A DNA stretch of 63,384 nucleotides, the filler included, from Phoronis australis (lineage: Eukaryota; Animalia; Phoronida): assembly GCA_002633005.1 (NCBI GenBank). It is 12 parts of 12 records of this genome, joined end to end, with 100 filler letters (N's around TTAATTAATTAA, not from the genome) between each part and the next. Parts side by side here need not be neighbours in the genome. Positions count along the whole stretch, not along the records: positions 1 to 4,980 come from NMRA01001254.1; positions 5,081 to 13,466 come from NMRA01001900.1; 10 more parts are not named here. One strand, given 5' to 3'. Shown one piece after another: positions 1 to 10,955 of the stretch. Positions within the stretch are counted from its first letter, which is position 1; every line of letters begins with the position of its first letter. A program made the translations under genes and the position numbers. The notes beneath the pieces were generated by a model, which did no database searches, was not told where the DNA came from, and worked only from the letters and a program-made list of their open reading frames with translations.

Positions 1-1055
1 CGCTAATTACGTTATATCTATAACTGGCATATTGTCGTGCAATCAGCGGAAACGGGAGAGGGGGCCGGGGAACCAAGGTACGTAGTGAAGGGCCGTGCGT
101 TGGGGGAGGATAGAGGTTGAACTCATGTTCTTAACCAAAGGGAAGATTAAAAGACGAGTTGTCATTTCGCCTGCTAATAACGACATTAAACTATCGGTCG
201 AGAGCAGCCCTGAAGTGTAACATAATATAGCTCCGTGAAAAAAGTTTAAGAGACATTTTTATGTTTTGCCGTTTTACCCTATAATTGCGCCCGTTATCGT
301 AAACATCGGTCAAGTATTGCGGCCACTTTAGCATAAATAGTGACTCCGTGAAGGAATGACCCATTGCGACAGGCATTGATCGTTGGTCGTGCGAAAGATA
401 AGTTTCAGGGGGACCAACAATCCCCGTGAGTTGATCCGTACCTCCCATGCGATAATCTGTCAGGAATATACGAACGTGTCAGTCCATTCTGCAATTAATG
501 GTTAACCATACTCTGTTTTGACAAAGTGACTTTGTTTGTGATCTACATTTTATATATTTACGCTAAGTGGCCTTGAAGTTTTGTTGATTAGATGCTTTAC
601 TACGTTGCAAGATGCAGTGAATTTGGAAAAATCTTTATCATCCGACTCAAGACTTTTGCCTGTTTATTAAACTCTTAAAAATACAGATTAAATTCGGACC
701 GTTTTACTGGGTGTCACTGTAAACATACAACAAATGTATTTTTCATTTTCTTAGTAGGTAGCAAGGTCAGTGGTTTTCAATCAAATTTGTGAATATTTAA
801 TTAAAATAAATTGCAAACGCAGGTTACGCCATCAAAGGTGTGTTAACTTCTGGTATGAAGGTTATTGTAAATATATACTATAAAGGATTAGCACAGGCCA
901 TACACGTAATAAACAATAAATTAGAATTTAATTGTATTAATTAGGAATAACCATCAACGTGTGGTATTTTTGACAGTTGAACAAAGTGATCACAAAGCTT
1001 CGTAGGTAATCAAATAAAATGTTATTGTTAAAGATTTTTAAGTTGTGTACAACTA

Positions 1056-1204
1056 GGCTGGGTTGCATAAAACTTCGAAGTTATCAGCTGGATAAGTTTG
1101 ATTGTTGCATGACGTCAAGTGCATTGTTCAACAATAACAACGTGACGCGTGATAATGCGACGTCATTGTTGCTATGCGGCGTATAACTTATGTGCAACTT
1201 GCCC
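1056..1204. mobile_element. MITE (~150 bp), probably PIF/Harbinger-type; copy 1
   Basis: Imperfect TIRs GGCTGGGTTGCATAAAAC ... TATGTGCAACTTGCCC; a near-identical reverse-complement copy lies at ~10648-10955 on another contig. Confidence 0.7.
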
Positions 1205-2434
1205 CAAAAGTGTAATATTATTTTGTCTAATTTCTCATCCTCAGACCCATGCTTCACTTCTTGATTTTTCTGATTTACTTGTTTATGTATGTACGAAAAG
1301 AGATAGATTCATGGATGAGTTTTGACAATTAGAAGCTGATCTTGTAAGAATTGATGACGTTTCAGCGAATGAAGTTCATTTTCGGCCTCTTGCGAACGTT
1401 AGTTAGTTTGCGTTTGCGAGAACACAATACGTGTTCTCTCGCGAACGTGACCCCGGTCGCGAGAACAACGCCTGTCCTCTCGCGAACGCGAGTTCATTGG
1501 CGGACATCTTGGATTGAGGAAAAACGCTCGGGAGGCGAACATAATTTGTCGCGTATCTTCTCAAATGTTGTAGATTTCACGAAAAGGTGAGAGTGGAGTG
1601 GCGCGCGTGATCCATGAGAGTGGGCAATTGTATATTACGACACTTCATTTTATTTTTTAAGTATTCCTGACAGAATTTGAAATGGGACCAATTTATCCGA
1701 CTATTACCCCAAGGCTAAGTTATTCCCAGCCAGCATGAAGATTGACTGTGTCAAAATCATAGGCGCCCTCAGCTTCTGACCGTCCCCAATGCTGTATATA
1801 TATACCATAAGGTATGACTTTAGGGATTAGATATTACATAGGTGCTTTACTTCAGCCAACTATGTCAAACACATAACTATAGATTTGCACAAAACGGGTT
1901 CAACTAACCTTGGTACAAAGCTGTATACTAAAAAAACAGCTTTGCGACGATGTGGGTAAAAAATGGTAAGATAAAATCTGACACAAAGTTAGTGTCATTA
2001 AAAACTATAGTCTTCCTTGAGTAAACTTAATTATTTAACGATGTTGGAAAAAATGGCGTTCTACCGTTATTCTGCTGCTTAAGTTGTGGAGCAATCTTAA
2101 GCGATGGCTTTAGTTCCCAAAATCGGAAACTCGTCATTTTTAATGCTGTGAGCGGCAGTTGGTATGACATGATATCCCCTGGCGTGTGAACATTGATGAA
2201 TTATCAACCATGATACATTTATCCAATCCATGTCAAGATCGCATCATTTCACAACGTGACTGAAAAGTTTAGGACCGCTGCGTCTCAACTCACCTGCTCA
2301 CTCACCCACGGGAACAATGCACACGGCCGAGTCGAACAAATACTCCCGTTATCAAACTTTCTCTTCGAGTAGTCAAGGTTGTCATTATCAGTGCTCATTG
2401 TGGATGTGTACTGTGTAAAGTGTAGTGTAATCTG

Positions 2435-2563
2435 GGTAGAGGTCATAGCTGTTTCACGGTTACAAAAATCTAGCCAAAATCACATGCTCTCATTTGAAAT
2501 ACATGGCATTTTCCCACGAAGTCTTGCTTTTCTAGCAAGGTCTTAGCGTTATCGAGGTCTACC
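2435..2563. mobile_element. Short MITE with CTG target-site duplication (Harbinger-like)
   Basis: ctg|GGTAGA...TCTACC|ctg; internal CGAAGTCTTGCTTT..TAGC.AGGTC.TAGCGTTA is shared with the MITE at ~48290-48435. Confidence 0.55.
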
Positions 2564-2752
2564 CTGTTGTTGTTCTGCCAGTGATGCCAAGAGGTGGCAG
2601 CACAGACAGCTTACATGCCTATGGATAGTGTGGCTGATAGTTTTCTAGTTGTATGAAGACTGACATTAAAATATACCTGGGAACCTCGAAATTTCACATC
2701 GCCTGGTAGGCTTGGTGCAAAGCTACAGGTAATAAAAATATTGCCGTGCACC

Positions 2753-3179
2753 TGTTGTGGCACGTGACTTCCGGATGTCACGTGGAGTCATATAAAGCCT
2801 CTATATATGAATGGTTTGAACTCTCTGCTCTCATGAAGGAAGCCCCAGTTCAAGTCTTGACGTTGGCAGATTTTTCAACATTGGTGCCCAACAGCAGTAG
2901 AATCCATGACTAGACGAGATGTCAACACTCCAGAGCCATGCTCCAACAACCTAGTAGTAACCTATACTAGAAACGTGGCTGTCCTGGTTGGGGCAGGTAG
3001 CATGCTTGATCTGTAGAACGGAGAGTTGTGACAAGTGACTTCTGGTGTCACATGGAGTCGGATAAAGCCTCTCTAAATTGTTTGCCAGGCAGCAATTGCC
3101 TCATGGCTGAGCAGTTTGGATTTTTGGCTGCCTGGCAGGACCTGCTGGTTTTAGTCTCAGTGTTGGAGGTTTTTTAACT
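2753..3179 (+). mobile_element. Non-autonomous miniature LTR retrotransposon (TRIM) with tRNA-like LTRs, Helenus-like
   Basis: LTR1 2753-2880 (TGTTG...CAACA); PBS-like TGGTGCCCAACAG from 2882; purine tract AGAACGGAG 3015-3023; diverged LTR2 3024-3179; 4-bp TSD CACC (2749-2752 and 3180-3183); A-box/B-box-like motifs in the LTRs. Confidence 0.75.
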
Positions 3180-4526
3180 CACCGATATGGCTAAAAAACT
3201 GACCAAATAATACCTGATAACCATTATTTGGTGGTGACTCATTCTAATGTAGTTGGAAGCTTTTAGGCAAATTATGCATCACACTGACCAAACCATAAAC
3301 TCACAGTCCTATAAGTACCTTTTGAGCATAGAGGGATTCCTTGGGAGGCAATTGATATCTTTAATTTCTTCCAAATTGAACACCTACTCTTGCAATCAAC
3401 ATTTCTTTCTAAACAGTCCTTTGTTCTGTTACTGAAATCAGGAGCTGGCCCGTTTCTGTCATCTATTTGAAAAGAGTATGCTTGTGACATGCATGGGCCC
3501 CATTTGCAAATTTTTTTGACATCCTTCAGGAGACGATTACAGCTTTACCAAAGCAAAGCTTACTCAGAGATACGTTTTGTTGGTAAGTTGGAAGGCATAC
3601 CACTGGTATTTCACCAAGGTGATGAGAAACCTTGTCATGTAAAAATGAAATGTGTCATCAAGCAGAAACTTTCCATCTATAAGTCATTTTCAAATGTTTC
3701 TTTCATATGTTGCCACATCAGTGACCAGTCTTGTGATTGTTCCCCTTCTCCAAATTTTCTTGGATGACTATCTTTGGTTCAATCAAGTCAATAGGATATA
3801 TGTGTAAAAAGCTTATTTTTTGGCGAAAGCAAGATACTAAATTGGTGACAAGTCATTTTGATAATGAGAGCGTGTATTAGATTTCTCATAATTAGTTTTA
3901 CTTACTCTGACATGAATATAATTTTTGTTCTGTTTGTAAATGAGTGTCAAATGGTAATTAAGTCGCAACATCCTCGTAGCAAGGCACTAAGTTTTCCTTA
4001 AAAGTGCCCCTGTCTTTACAGGAATGAGCCAGTTCCACTATTTGTCTTCAGGTCTGGTATTTGCTAATTGCTGTGTTCATGTGTTTGTAACTTTATTAAT
4101 TTCAGTGCCAAGGAACTATGACCCAGTCCTCAATCCTTTTGAAGCCCCTCGGGAATACGTCAGGGCTAACACACACACACACACACACACACATATGCGT
4201 GTCTTTCATAGGCCAAATGATGTCATCGGATGAACTGCTTGAAAGAAATTTTCAGATCATGGCTAATATGGAAAAATGTCACTAACTTCAAAGAAAAGTT
4301 AATAATTACCAAAACTGGAACCTTTTATAATTTTCAAAGGCTTCAAGCATTGTTGTGAATTCCTATGGGTTGTCCAATGGAAACTATGATTAGAATAATA
4401 CATAAAGAGTAAAGCATGTAGTTTTTGTCATTAATCTTTAGTGAAAAACTGAAAAAATAATATACATGACAACTCACTTAGTGAAATTTTATAGTAATAT
4501 ATAAAACAAAATGATGGTCAACTCAC

Positions 4527-4631
4527 AGAAATCTTGTCTTTCAAATCCCTAATGCACCAGTCGTAGTAGTGTTCACTGGGCCCATACACAAAAGATGGCA
4601 GCTGATAGATGGTGTTCTCTGGTGGCTCAAT
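4527..4631 (-). CDS. Probable internal exon of an unidentified gene (IEPPENTIYQLPSFVYGPSEHYYDWCIRDLKDKIS)
   Basis: Pyrimidine tract + CAG acceptor, GTGAGT donor, 105 nt open in phase 0-0, protein-like composition; family not recognised. Confidence 0.5.
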
Positions 4632-4724
4632 CTGAAGAGTGAGCAATAACGAGGACCGACGACGGGGAAGATTAGACGTTCTTATTCTGTAACATGTGTA
4701 ACAAATGCAGTTTGAAACTTTTAA

Positions 4725-4980
4725 CTTAAGTACAAGTGACACAGACTCAAAGGAGCTTGAGACTTAAGCATAAGTGACACAGAATCAAAGGAGCCTGAGA
4801 CTTAAGTATAAGTGACACAGACTCAAAGGAGCCTGAGACTTAAGTATAAGTGACACAGACTCAAAGGAGCCTGAGACTTAAGTATAAGTGACACAGACTC
4901 AAAGGAGCCTGAGACTTAAGTATAAGTGACACAGACTCAAAGGAGCCTGAGACTTAAGTATAAGTGACACAGACTCAAAG
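4725..4980 (+). repeat. 38-bp minisatellite, about 6.7 copies, truncated by contig end
   Basis: Unit CTTAAGTATAAGTGACACAGACTCAAAGGAGCCTGAGA repeats head-to-tail with no unique spacers. Confidence 0.95.
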
Positions 4981-5080
4981 NNNNNNNNNNNNNNNNNNNN
5001 NNNNNNNNNNNNNNNNNNNNNNNNTTAATTAATTAANNNNNNNNNNNNNNNNNNNNNNNNNNNNNNNNNNNNNNNNNNNN
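4981..5080. other. Artificial contig spacer (first of 11; others at 13467-13566, 18792-18891, 26670-26769, 33233-33332, 38072-38171, 40320-40419, 50474-50573, 54036-54135, 58986-59085, 62119-62218)
   Basis: Each is 100 nt of N with a central TTAATTAATTAA, which gives stops in all six frames. Confidence 0.98.
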
Positions 5081-5454
5081 TTGGTGTAAGGTTATGTGTG
5101 GCTTTGTACACCATAAGGTTTAAATGAAAGTCACGCCTGCTAGCCAGGCTACACCAACGAAGAGGTCAGTAATGGGAATATCACAATAAGGGTCACACTA
5201 TAGTCAGAGATGGTAACTATAAAATCTTTGCTATAGTTGAGTATCATCCTTCCAACCTCGTTTTGAATTTTTTAAGTCAATCCTGGAGGTATGGTGCGCT
5301 ATTACCCCACACAACATCAGTGTCAGGTACAAGGAAGTTTCTTAAAAATGTGGCAAACGAAGCTTTATCTACATTTCTAACACTTAAGTTAGCTTTTTTA
5401 CTTTCATTGAATTGGTAACATAATATCCTTTACCGTGGTAGGAGTCTATAATTA

Positions 5455-6422
5455 CAGGTTTGCCGCTGGGACTAAGTGCCGCTCGTAAATTGCGGGCGTA
5501 TAGACACTTTTCACTGCCCGTGTTTTACGAGCATAATCGATTAGGTTGCAAGTCATGTGAGGTCTTAAACCGTTATACGCCCGTAAAATGACGCTCATAA
5601 ATTACGCTGGTCTCAGTGGCGGATTTAAGGGGCGGGGGGAAGCAAGTAGCCCATGCCCCCTCAAATTCCACCAGATTCCATTTGGCAGTTCTGGGGTGCA
5701 TATGTCTGACGGGCAAAATCCTGGCTAATACTCTGTCCTGCCCCCCCCAACTCAAACTCCTGGATCCGCCCCTGCGGTCTATCACTTTTATAAAACGACG
5801 AGTGTTAAGTGGGACCTTATCGACAAGTCTGTAATTTTTGACAAATATTTACATAACTTTAAATTTGAACTCCGGAGAAGTATTCATATTCTGAAAGTAA
5901 AAATTCTGCAAAAAAGAAAGCTACTACAGCTAAACAGTATCAATAACATAACAATATTTCGTCTCATATAAATATCCAAAATAAAATCTCAAATACTCTG
6001 GTACAGTTTTCTAAGTCATCACTTCGTTTTCATTTTATGCAATTTTTGAATGTTTTCATAAAATCATTAAAGTCCTGTTTTTGATAACCTCTCACTACAA
6101 AAGTGAAATATTCTGAAAAGAAACCCTAAGAGTGTTTTGGAGAGCAGTACATATAGCAATTATCTGAAAGCTTCATTTCGAAGAGATGATGTTCCTAAGT
6201 TAGCAACACTTGGACATTTTTCTAGAGACCTACGTTACCCTAACAGATCTAATCTTACGCGGGTACATTGTAAATATAGGCTAGTAATTCAAGCTTGTAT
6301 TTTACACTCATGAAGTGCGCTCGTAATTCACGCTCCTAAAACATGAGTGTGAAAATTGTCTTTATAAGCCCGTAATTTACGAGCGTTATTTACGAGCGAA
6401 GCATTCCTCCCAGCGGCCAACG
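5455..6422. mobile_element. Non-autonomous DNA transposon with long imperfect TIRs, hosting nested insertions
   Basis: Left GTTTGCCGCTGGGA..CGCTCGTAAATTGCGGGCGTATAGACACTTTTCAC matches the reverse complement of right GTGAAAATTGTCTTTATAAGCCCGTAATTTACGAGCG..TCCCAGCGGCCAAC; repeated subterminal CGCTCGTAAAT motifs. Confidence 0.7.
5614..5774. mobile_element. CAGTGGCGGAT-type MITE (hAT-like termini), subfamily A
   Basis: TIRs CAGTGGCGGAT...ATCCGCCCCTG; flanks TGGTCT/CGGTCT; internal sequence matches 10788-10944. Confidence 0.85.
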
Positions 6423-9400
6423 ATAACGTCTAATAAACCATCAACGCTTCAGAGTTTATTGCAGATGGCTAACCCTTTAGGATAATGAAATATCTGATCC
6501 GATTTTCGTTTTTCATCCAGCTAAAGCGAGAGAGGGAAAGCTTTAAGCGATTCTCAGAAAACAATTTTTTTCTGTTTGAATATTGCGCTAGTCGCGCCAA
6601 AAATACACATCGCCTGCAGCCAAATTGCAAGTGGTAGGTAAGGAATTGGGATTAGCGGACCTTTTGGTTTGCCCTCCACTCCCTGTCATCGCAAACTTTC
6701 CACTCGCTTCTCAGAATCTTACAGAATCAAACGAACTATTCCTTAGCCCCTAATTTCCAAGCAATTGAACAAATGAAAATAATTCGTTTATGTATGCGCT
6801 CAGTATGGTATTTTTGAAAATTCGGGATATCCAAATAGGACAGAACGCGATGATTTCAAGAAAATAGGTAAGAATAGGAGTAAAAAATCAAGTCAAAACG
6901 AATGGTTTTGAGCAGTGGTTCATTCTTTCAAAAAGATGTCCTTGTTTTGACGCGTGAATGTGAATTTCACCCCCTTTTACGGTCTGAACATTGGAATCAC
7001 GAAATTGTGTTAAATTGCCACCTGCAGGCCACATCACGTTAAAGATTTACAAATCTATATAAACTGTATAAACTGTCTTAAATTTTCCTTTGCAACAGTA
7101 ACAAATTGATTTCTACCAACAAAAGGAGATGAAATGTCACCAGAAATTGAAATCGTCCAGTTTTGGCATGTTTGGCCACACCCATCAAATACGATGACTT
7201 CTTGTCACTCCTTTTACTTGTAGACGCCCTAAACGATGCCGTTTTTGTAATTTCCATTTTAGGTAGAAAGTAAAAAGGAAGGCCTGAAAGTTGCAGAGCA
7301 CTTCCAGAGTAACACTGAATATTTCACTCTCATGCTCTGTCCAGCTAATTTTTCTACCAATTTGAACCCCCGAAATGTGTTTTAACGAATCTTCTTAAAA
7401 TTTCTTGAGGTATAATCCTGAAACGGTGAACCCGCGTTGCTAAATCAGCCATTTTGTGACTTCTGTGTTTTTCTTAAACATTGTTCTAACCCCTATACGA
7501 CATAAATCCCTTCAAGATATTTTTATCAAATTACCACGAACTTTCTACTGACATAAATGACGAATTATGTTCACATTCACAATTTATTGGAAATATGGAG
7601 CAAGAATTTTTTTCATATTTTGTATAGTTCTGAAACAAAATTATCCCAGTTCAGAATGAAGCTGTTCTGGAGTGGCCATGGGCGGTCCCTTGAGCGGACC
7701 TCAACTGCCGGTGAGTTGGTGCGTTGGCGCCCGCAGCGCTCCCCTCAGCTACGGGCATAAACTACAGTAAGAGCCAATATTGTCGGTTCTTAGATTTGCA
7801 TAACCTGAAATCCTCAGTTAACTTTCTGTTCTCCGGAAGATTACGTCATTACATGTTCAAATCACAGTTCCAAAGTGGGGTACGAAGTTTCACGTTATTT
7901 CTATAAGCACGTGTACTAATACATTTTACATTATGGCGTTTTTGCTTCGTTGGCTATCATAACACGGGGCCGACTAATAGAAATCTATTTTTAAACAGTT
8001 GTACGAATGGCTAAAAATGATACAGAGAATATTATCGTAAAGAAGTACGGTGACCGTATTGTGCAAATAACTGCGCACTGTTTAGGTAACCCGCTTTTTT
8101 CTGTGAAGTCTTTGTCAAGCAATACGACTTGCAAAAAGTTAGCGACGGCTAGTGAATGCGTTCGTAGTGAAAGAAACAACATTGGGATTTTGTGATAAGC
8201 AAACCGCGATGATTGAAACTGCTCCTTGACGTGCAGGGGCTCGTATTGGTTTCACAGGGGCATTGGAAAGTTCTTACTAAGCCCAGACGAATTAGCACAA
8301 CCGACCGTGATATATATATACATTTGTATATATATGCACGAAATAAAAATTTACTCGCAACCTAATAACAGGTTATTTTTTCAGTTGGAAAAAATGAGTG
8401 CTCCCAGGCCGTGAATAGCCTGAAAAGCAAATAATAAACAGATTTAGAGCAGAAAAAATATTTTAATCGCGCAATGAATAATCGGAATGAAAGGCTCATT
8501 TAAAACAGGGATGCCAGATATTCATGGTCTTTGGGGTCAAATATCAAGAACATTGGAGGCAAGCATAGCAATTTTGTTCCCTTAAGGAGCAAAAATTTCT
8601 GACCTGGGCCACTTACTGTTACTAAATGATTGAGTGACACTGAACCGTCTACTTCTTGATAAACGGGAATTGAAATATAATTACGTGACCTGTGTGCGAT
8701 TGCCTCTGTATTTTAGAACTTATGTCTTGGTGGAATGACGCTTCAACACGATATTTCTTTTAAGAATGGGGATCGGTTTTCCATTGAGAGCAACTGACTT
8801 CAACAATTTTAATGTTCATAAATTTAATTGACGAATGAATTTTAATTTTCAGCAATTCAAATCACACTTGAACATGGATTTTCACACCAACATCCCGAAG
8901 GGTACTCCCATGTAAGACGCTGAGGCGCGTAAGGGAAAGTGAACCTCAGAGGGATGACGTTTACAAGAATACGTGCGAAAAGATGGTGGTTTTGAAAGGA
9001 TGACTTCGCTCCAAAACGTGCGGCCATCCCAACATCCTATCTTCCTTCTACGTCCACGATAGTCGATCACCCTCCACCCTCGAGCTCATTTCGTGAAGTT
9101 GAAATTGAGCAATATAAAGCTGATGGCCTTCAGTTTTTAAATGTCACTTCATTTCTGATGCTCCTTATCTTACCAAGTTTCATTGGAGCCAAGCGGAACT
9201 TCATAAACCTGTTTAACGTGGCGATAAGGCAATAATGAGATGAAGGATCACAGACCCCTTCCATAAGCCGGGTGGCCTCAATTGCCATTATACACACAAT
9301 ATTACTGTCAAAATCCCCACCACTATCGAGAACAGCAGCCACAGGATCTTGAAATACAAGTTTATGTTTATTCTGCATACTCTGAGTCATTTACTGAAAT

Positions 9401-10013
9401 AATGTAAGTCGTATTCTGAAAGTTTCCAGACAAAATGTTCTTTTTTGCCGTAAGCAAGTATTTTACATTTAGTCCACATTAATTAGCGTCTTTATTTAAA
9501 TCACACCACTCTTCCGGCAAGAATATTTTTTATGGCCAAGAAGATTGCCCGAAAATGTTGAATCGTTATGCATCTGAACCAAAAATTGTTACGTCAGTAC
9601 AAGTGAACCGGCAAAACTAATGTAACTATATTTAAATACCCTAACGAGCGTTCCCATGTCGGTCGACAGATTCTCATAACAAGGCGAGGCAGGGCCCGAG
9701 TATACAGTATCTGGGTAACTATTCTCAAAACTTGATTTGGCGTAAACGAGTTTTACGTAAGATACGTGTGTAACTGTAGCGTACTTCTCTAGTCTTGACG
9801 GGCGTGTAATAATGACCGTTTTATTGCAACGAAATCAAGCGAACAGTTCGCGACGCCTGTTCAGTAAATATACATCAACTTCAAATGTTATGAATGGGCG
9901 CTAGTATTTGATTTCAAAATAAATAATTCACAGTTGAAAATACACGTATTTCAAAATCGCAACGATAACAGCAAGAGGCTCTGAACAGGTGGATAAGAGG
10001 TAATTATAAATAA

Positions 10014-10196
10014 TGTTACCTCCAAACATTACCGGTGACTATGTTGTATCTGCTCCAACAACTAGACCCGAACTCACGACATCAGAGGTAGCAGTCCAAC
10101 GCTTTGCTAGTAGAGCTAAAAGCCAGTGCCGCAGGCCTCGATTTCAGTTTAATTCCACCGAATGACAGGAATCCCTTGTCGGGACTCGGCAATTCA
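10014..10196 (-). mobile_element. tRNA-derived element: possible solo LTR of a tRNA-bearing TRIM, or a SINE head
   Basis: Minus strand reads GGCTTTTAGCTCTACTAGCAAAGCGTTGGACTGCTACCTCTGATGTCGTGAGTTCGGGTCTAGTTGTTGGAGC (A-box and B-box at tRNA spacing), ends GGTAACA, and ATAA occurs at both flanks. Confidence 0.45.
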
Positions 10197-10410
10197 TAAT
10201 CGGATCACAAAAAACACACCGCTTTTTCCATCTGTTAAAGCTAAGTCTGTCCAACTCGGTAATCCCAAAATACGTTTTCCTCCCTAAAATCGACTGTACC
10301 TTTTAAAGATGATTAATGACAAAAAGCAATTTTAAACACCCACTGCTATGAAACCGGTCCCATCTTGTCCCTCATATAAACTAGGACATCATTTCTACGC
10401 TACAGGCCCA

Positions 10411-10651
10411 AGGATCTGTTCTAAGAAACCGACTTAAGTTTATTTTGACTTACGTTTGAGATTTGTCTTCCAAATTTTGAAACTTTCACTTTCGGTAAGC
10501 TAGTCAAAATAAAACAAAATTTATGCCAGACACTTAATTCAAACTTAAGATCCCTTTCTTGAATTGGATTTGAGACAAATTTAACTTTTATTTTAAAATC
10601 TACTTAAGTTTAAGATTTGGCTAAGCTAAGTCAGTTTTGTTGGATCGGGCC
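10411..10651. mobile_element. Degenerate MITE with internal ACTTAAG/ACTTA repeats
   Basis: Left GGATCTGTTCTAAGAAACCGACTTAAG roughly mirrors right CTAAGTCAGTTTTGTTGGATCGGGCC. Confidence 0.45.
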
Positions 10652-10955
10652 CCAGTTACATAAAAGTTATACGCCGTATAGCAACAATGACGTCGCATTA
10701 TCACGCGTCACGATGTTATTGTTGAACAATGCACCTGACGTTATGCAACAATTAAACTTATCCAACGGATAACTTTGCAGTTTTGTGCAGTGGCGGATTT
10801 AGAGGGGGGCCAAGGGGGCCATGCCCCCCTAAAATCCTGCCAGATTACATTTGGCAGTTCGGGGGTGCGAATGTCTGACTGGCAAAATCCTGGCTAACAC
10901 TCTGCCCTGCTCCCCCCCAACTCAAAATCCTGGATCCGCCACTGTTGTGCATCCA
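10648..10955. mobile_element. Second (inverted) copy of the 1056-1204 MITE, interrupted by a younger MITE
   Basis: Reverse-complement match to 1056-1204 over 10648-10787, resuming after 10949. Confidence 0.8.
10788..10944. mobile_element. CAGTGGCGGAT-type MITE, subfamily A, 5-bp TSD
   Basis: Perfect termini CAGTGGCGGAT...ATCCGCCACTG; TTGTG duplicated at 10783-10787 and 10945-10949; the empty site is seen in the other copy of the host MITE. Confidence 0.9.

Noticed and set aside
3270-3770. Exon-like minus-strand frames downstream of the orphan exon
   Set aside because: Each frame is interrupted by stops and no motif is recognisable.
4725-4980. 38-bp repeats as a CRISPR array
   Set aside because: Units are contiguous with no unique spacers, there are no cas genes, and the context is eukaryotic.
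6470-7750. piggyBac-like (CTAACCCTTT near 6470) and Sola-like (CTCCCCTC near 7748) termini
   Set aside because: Only single short ends, with no partner TIR or TSD found; too weak to annotate.
8882-9390. Minus-strand ORFs as a lectin-like or membrane-protein exon
   Set aside because: Cys spacing is only vaguely CTLD-like, alternative frames are equally plausible, and splice signals are weak.
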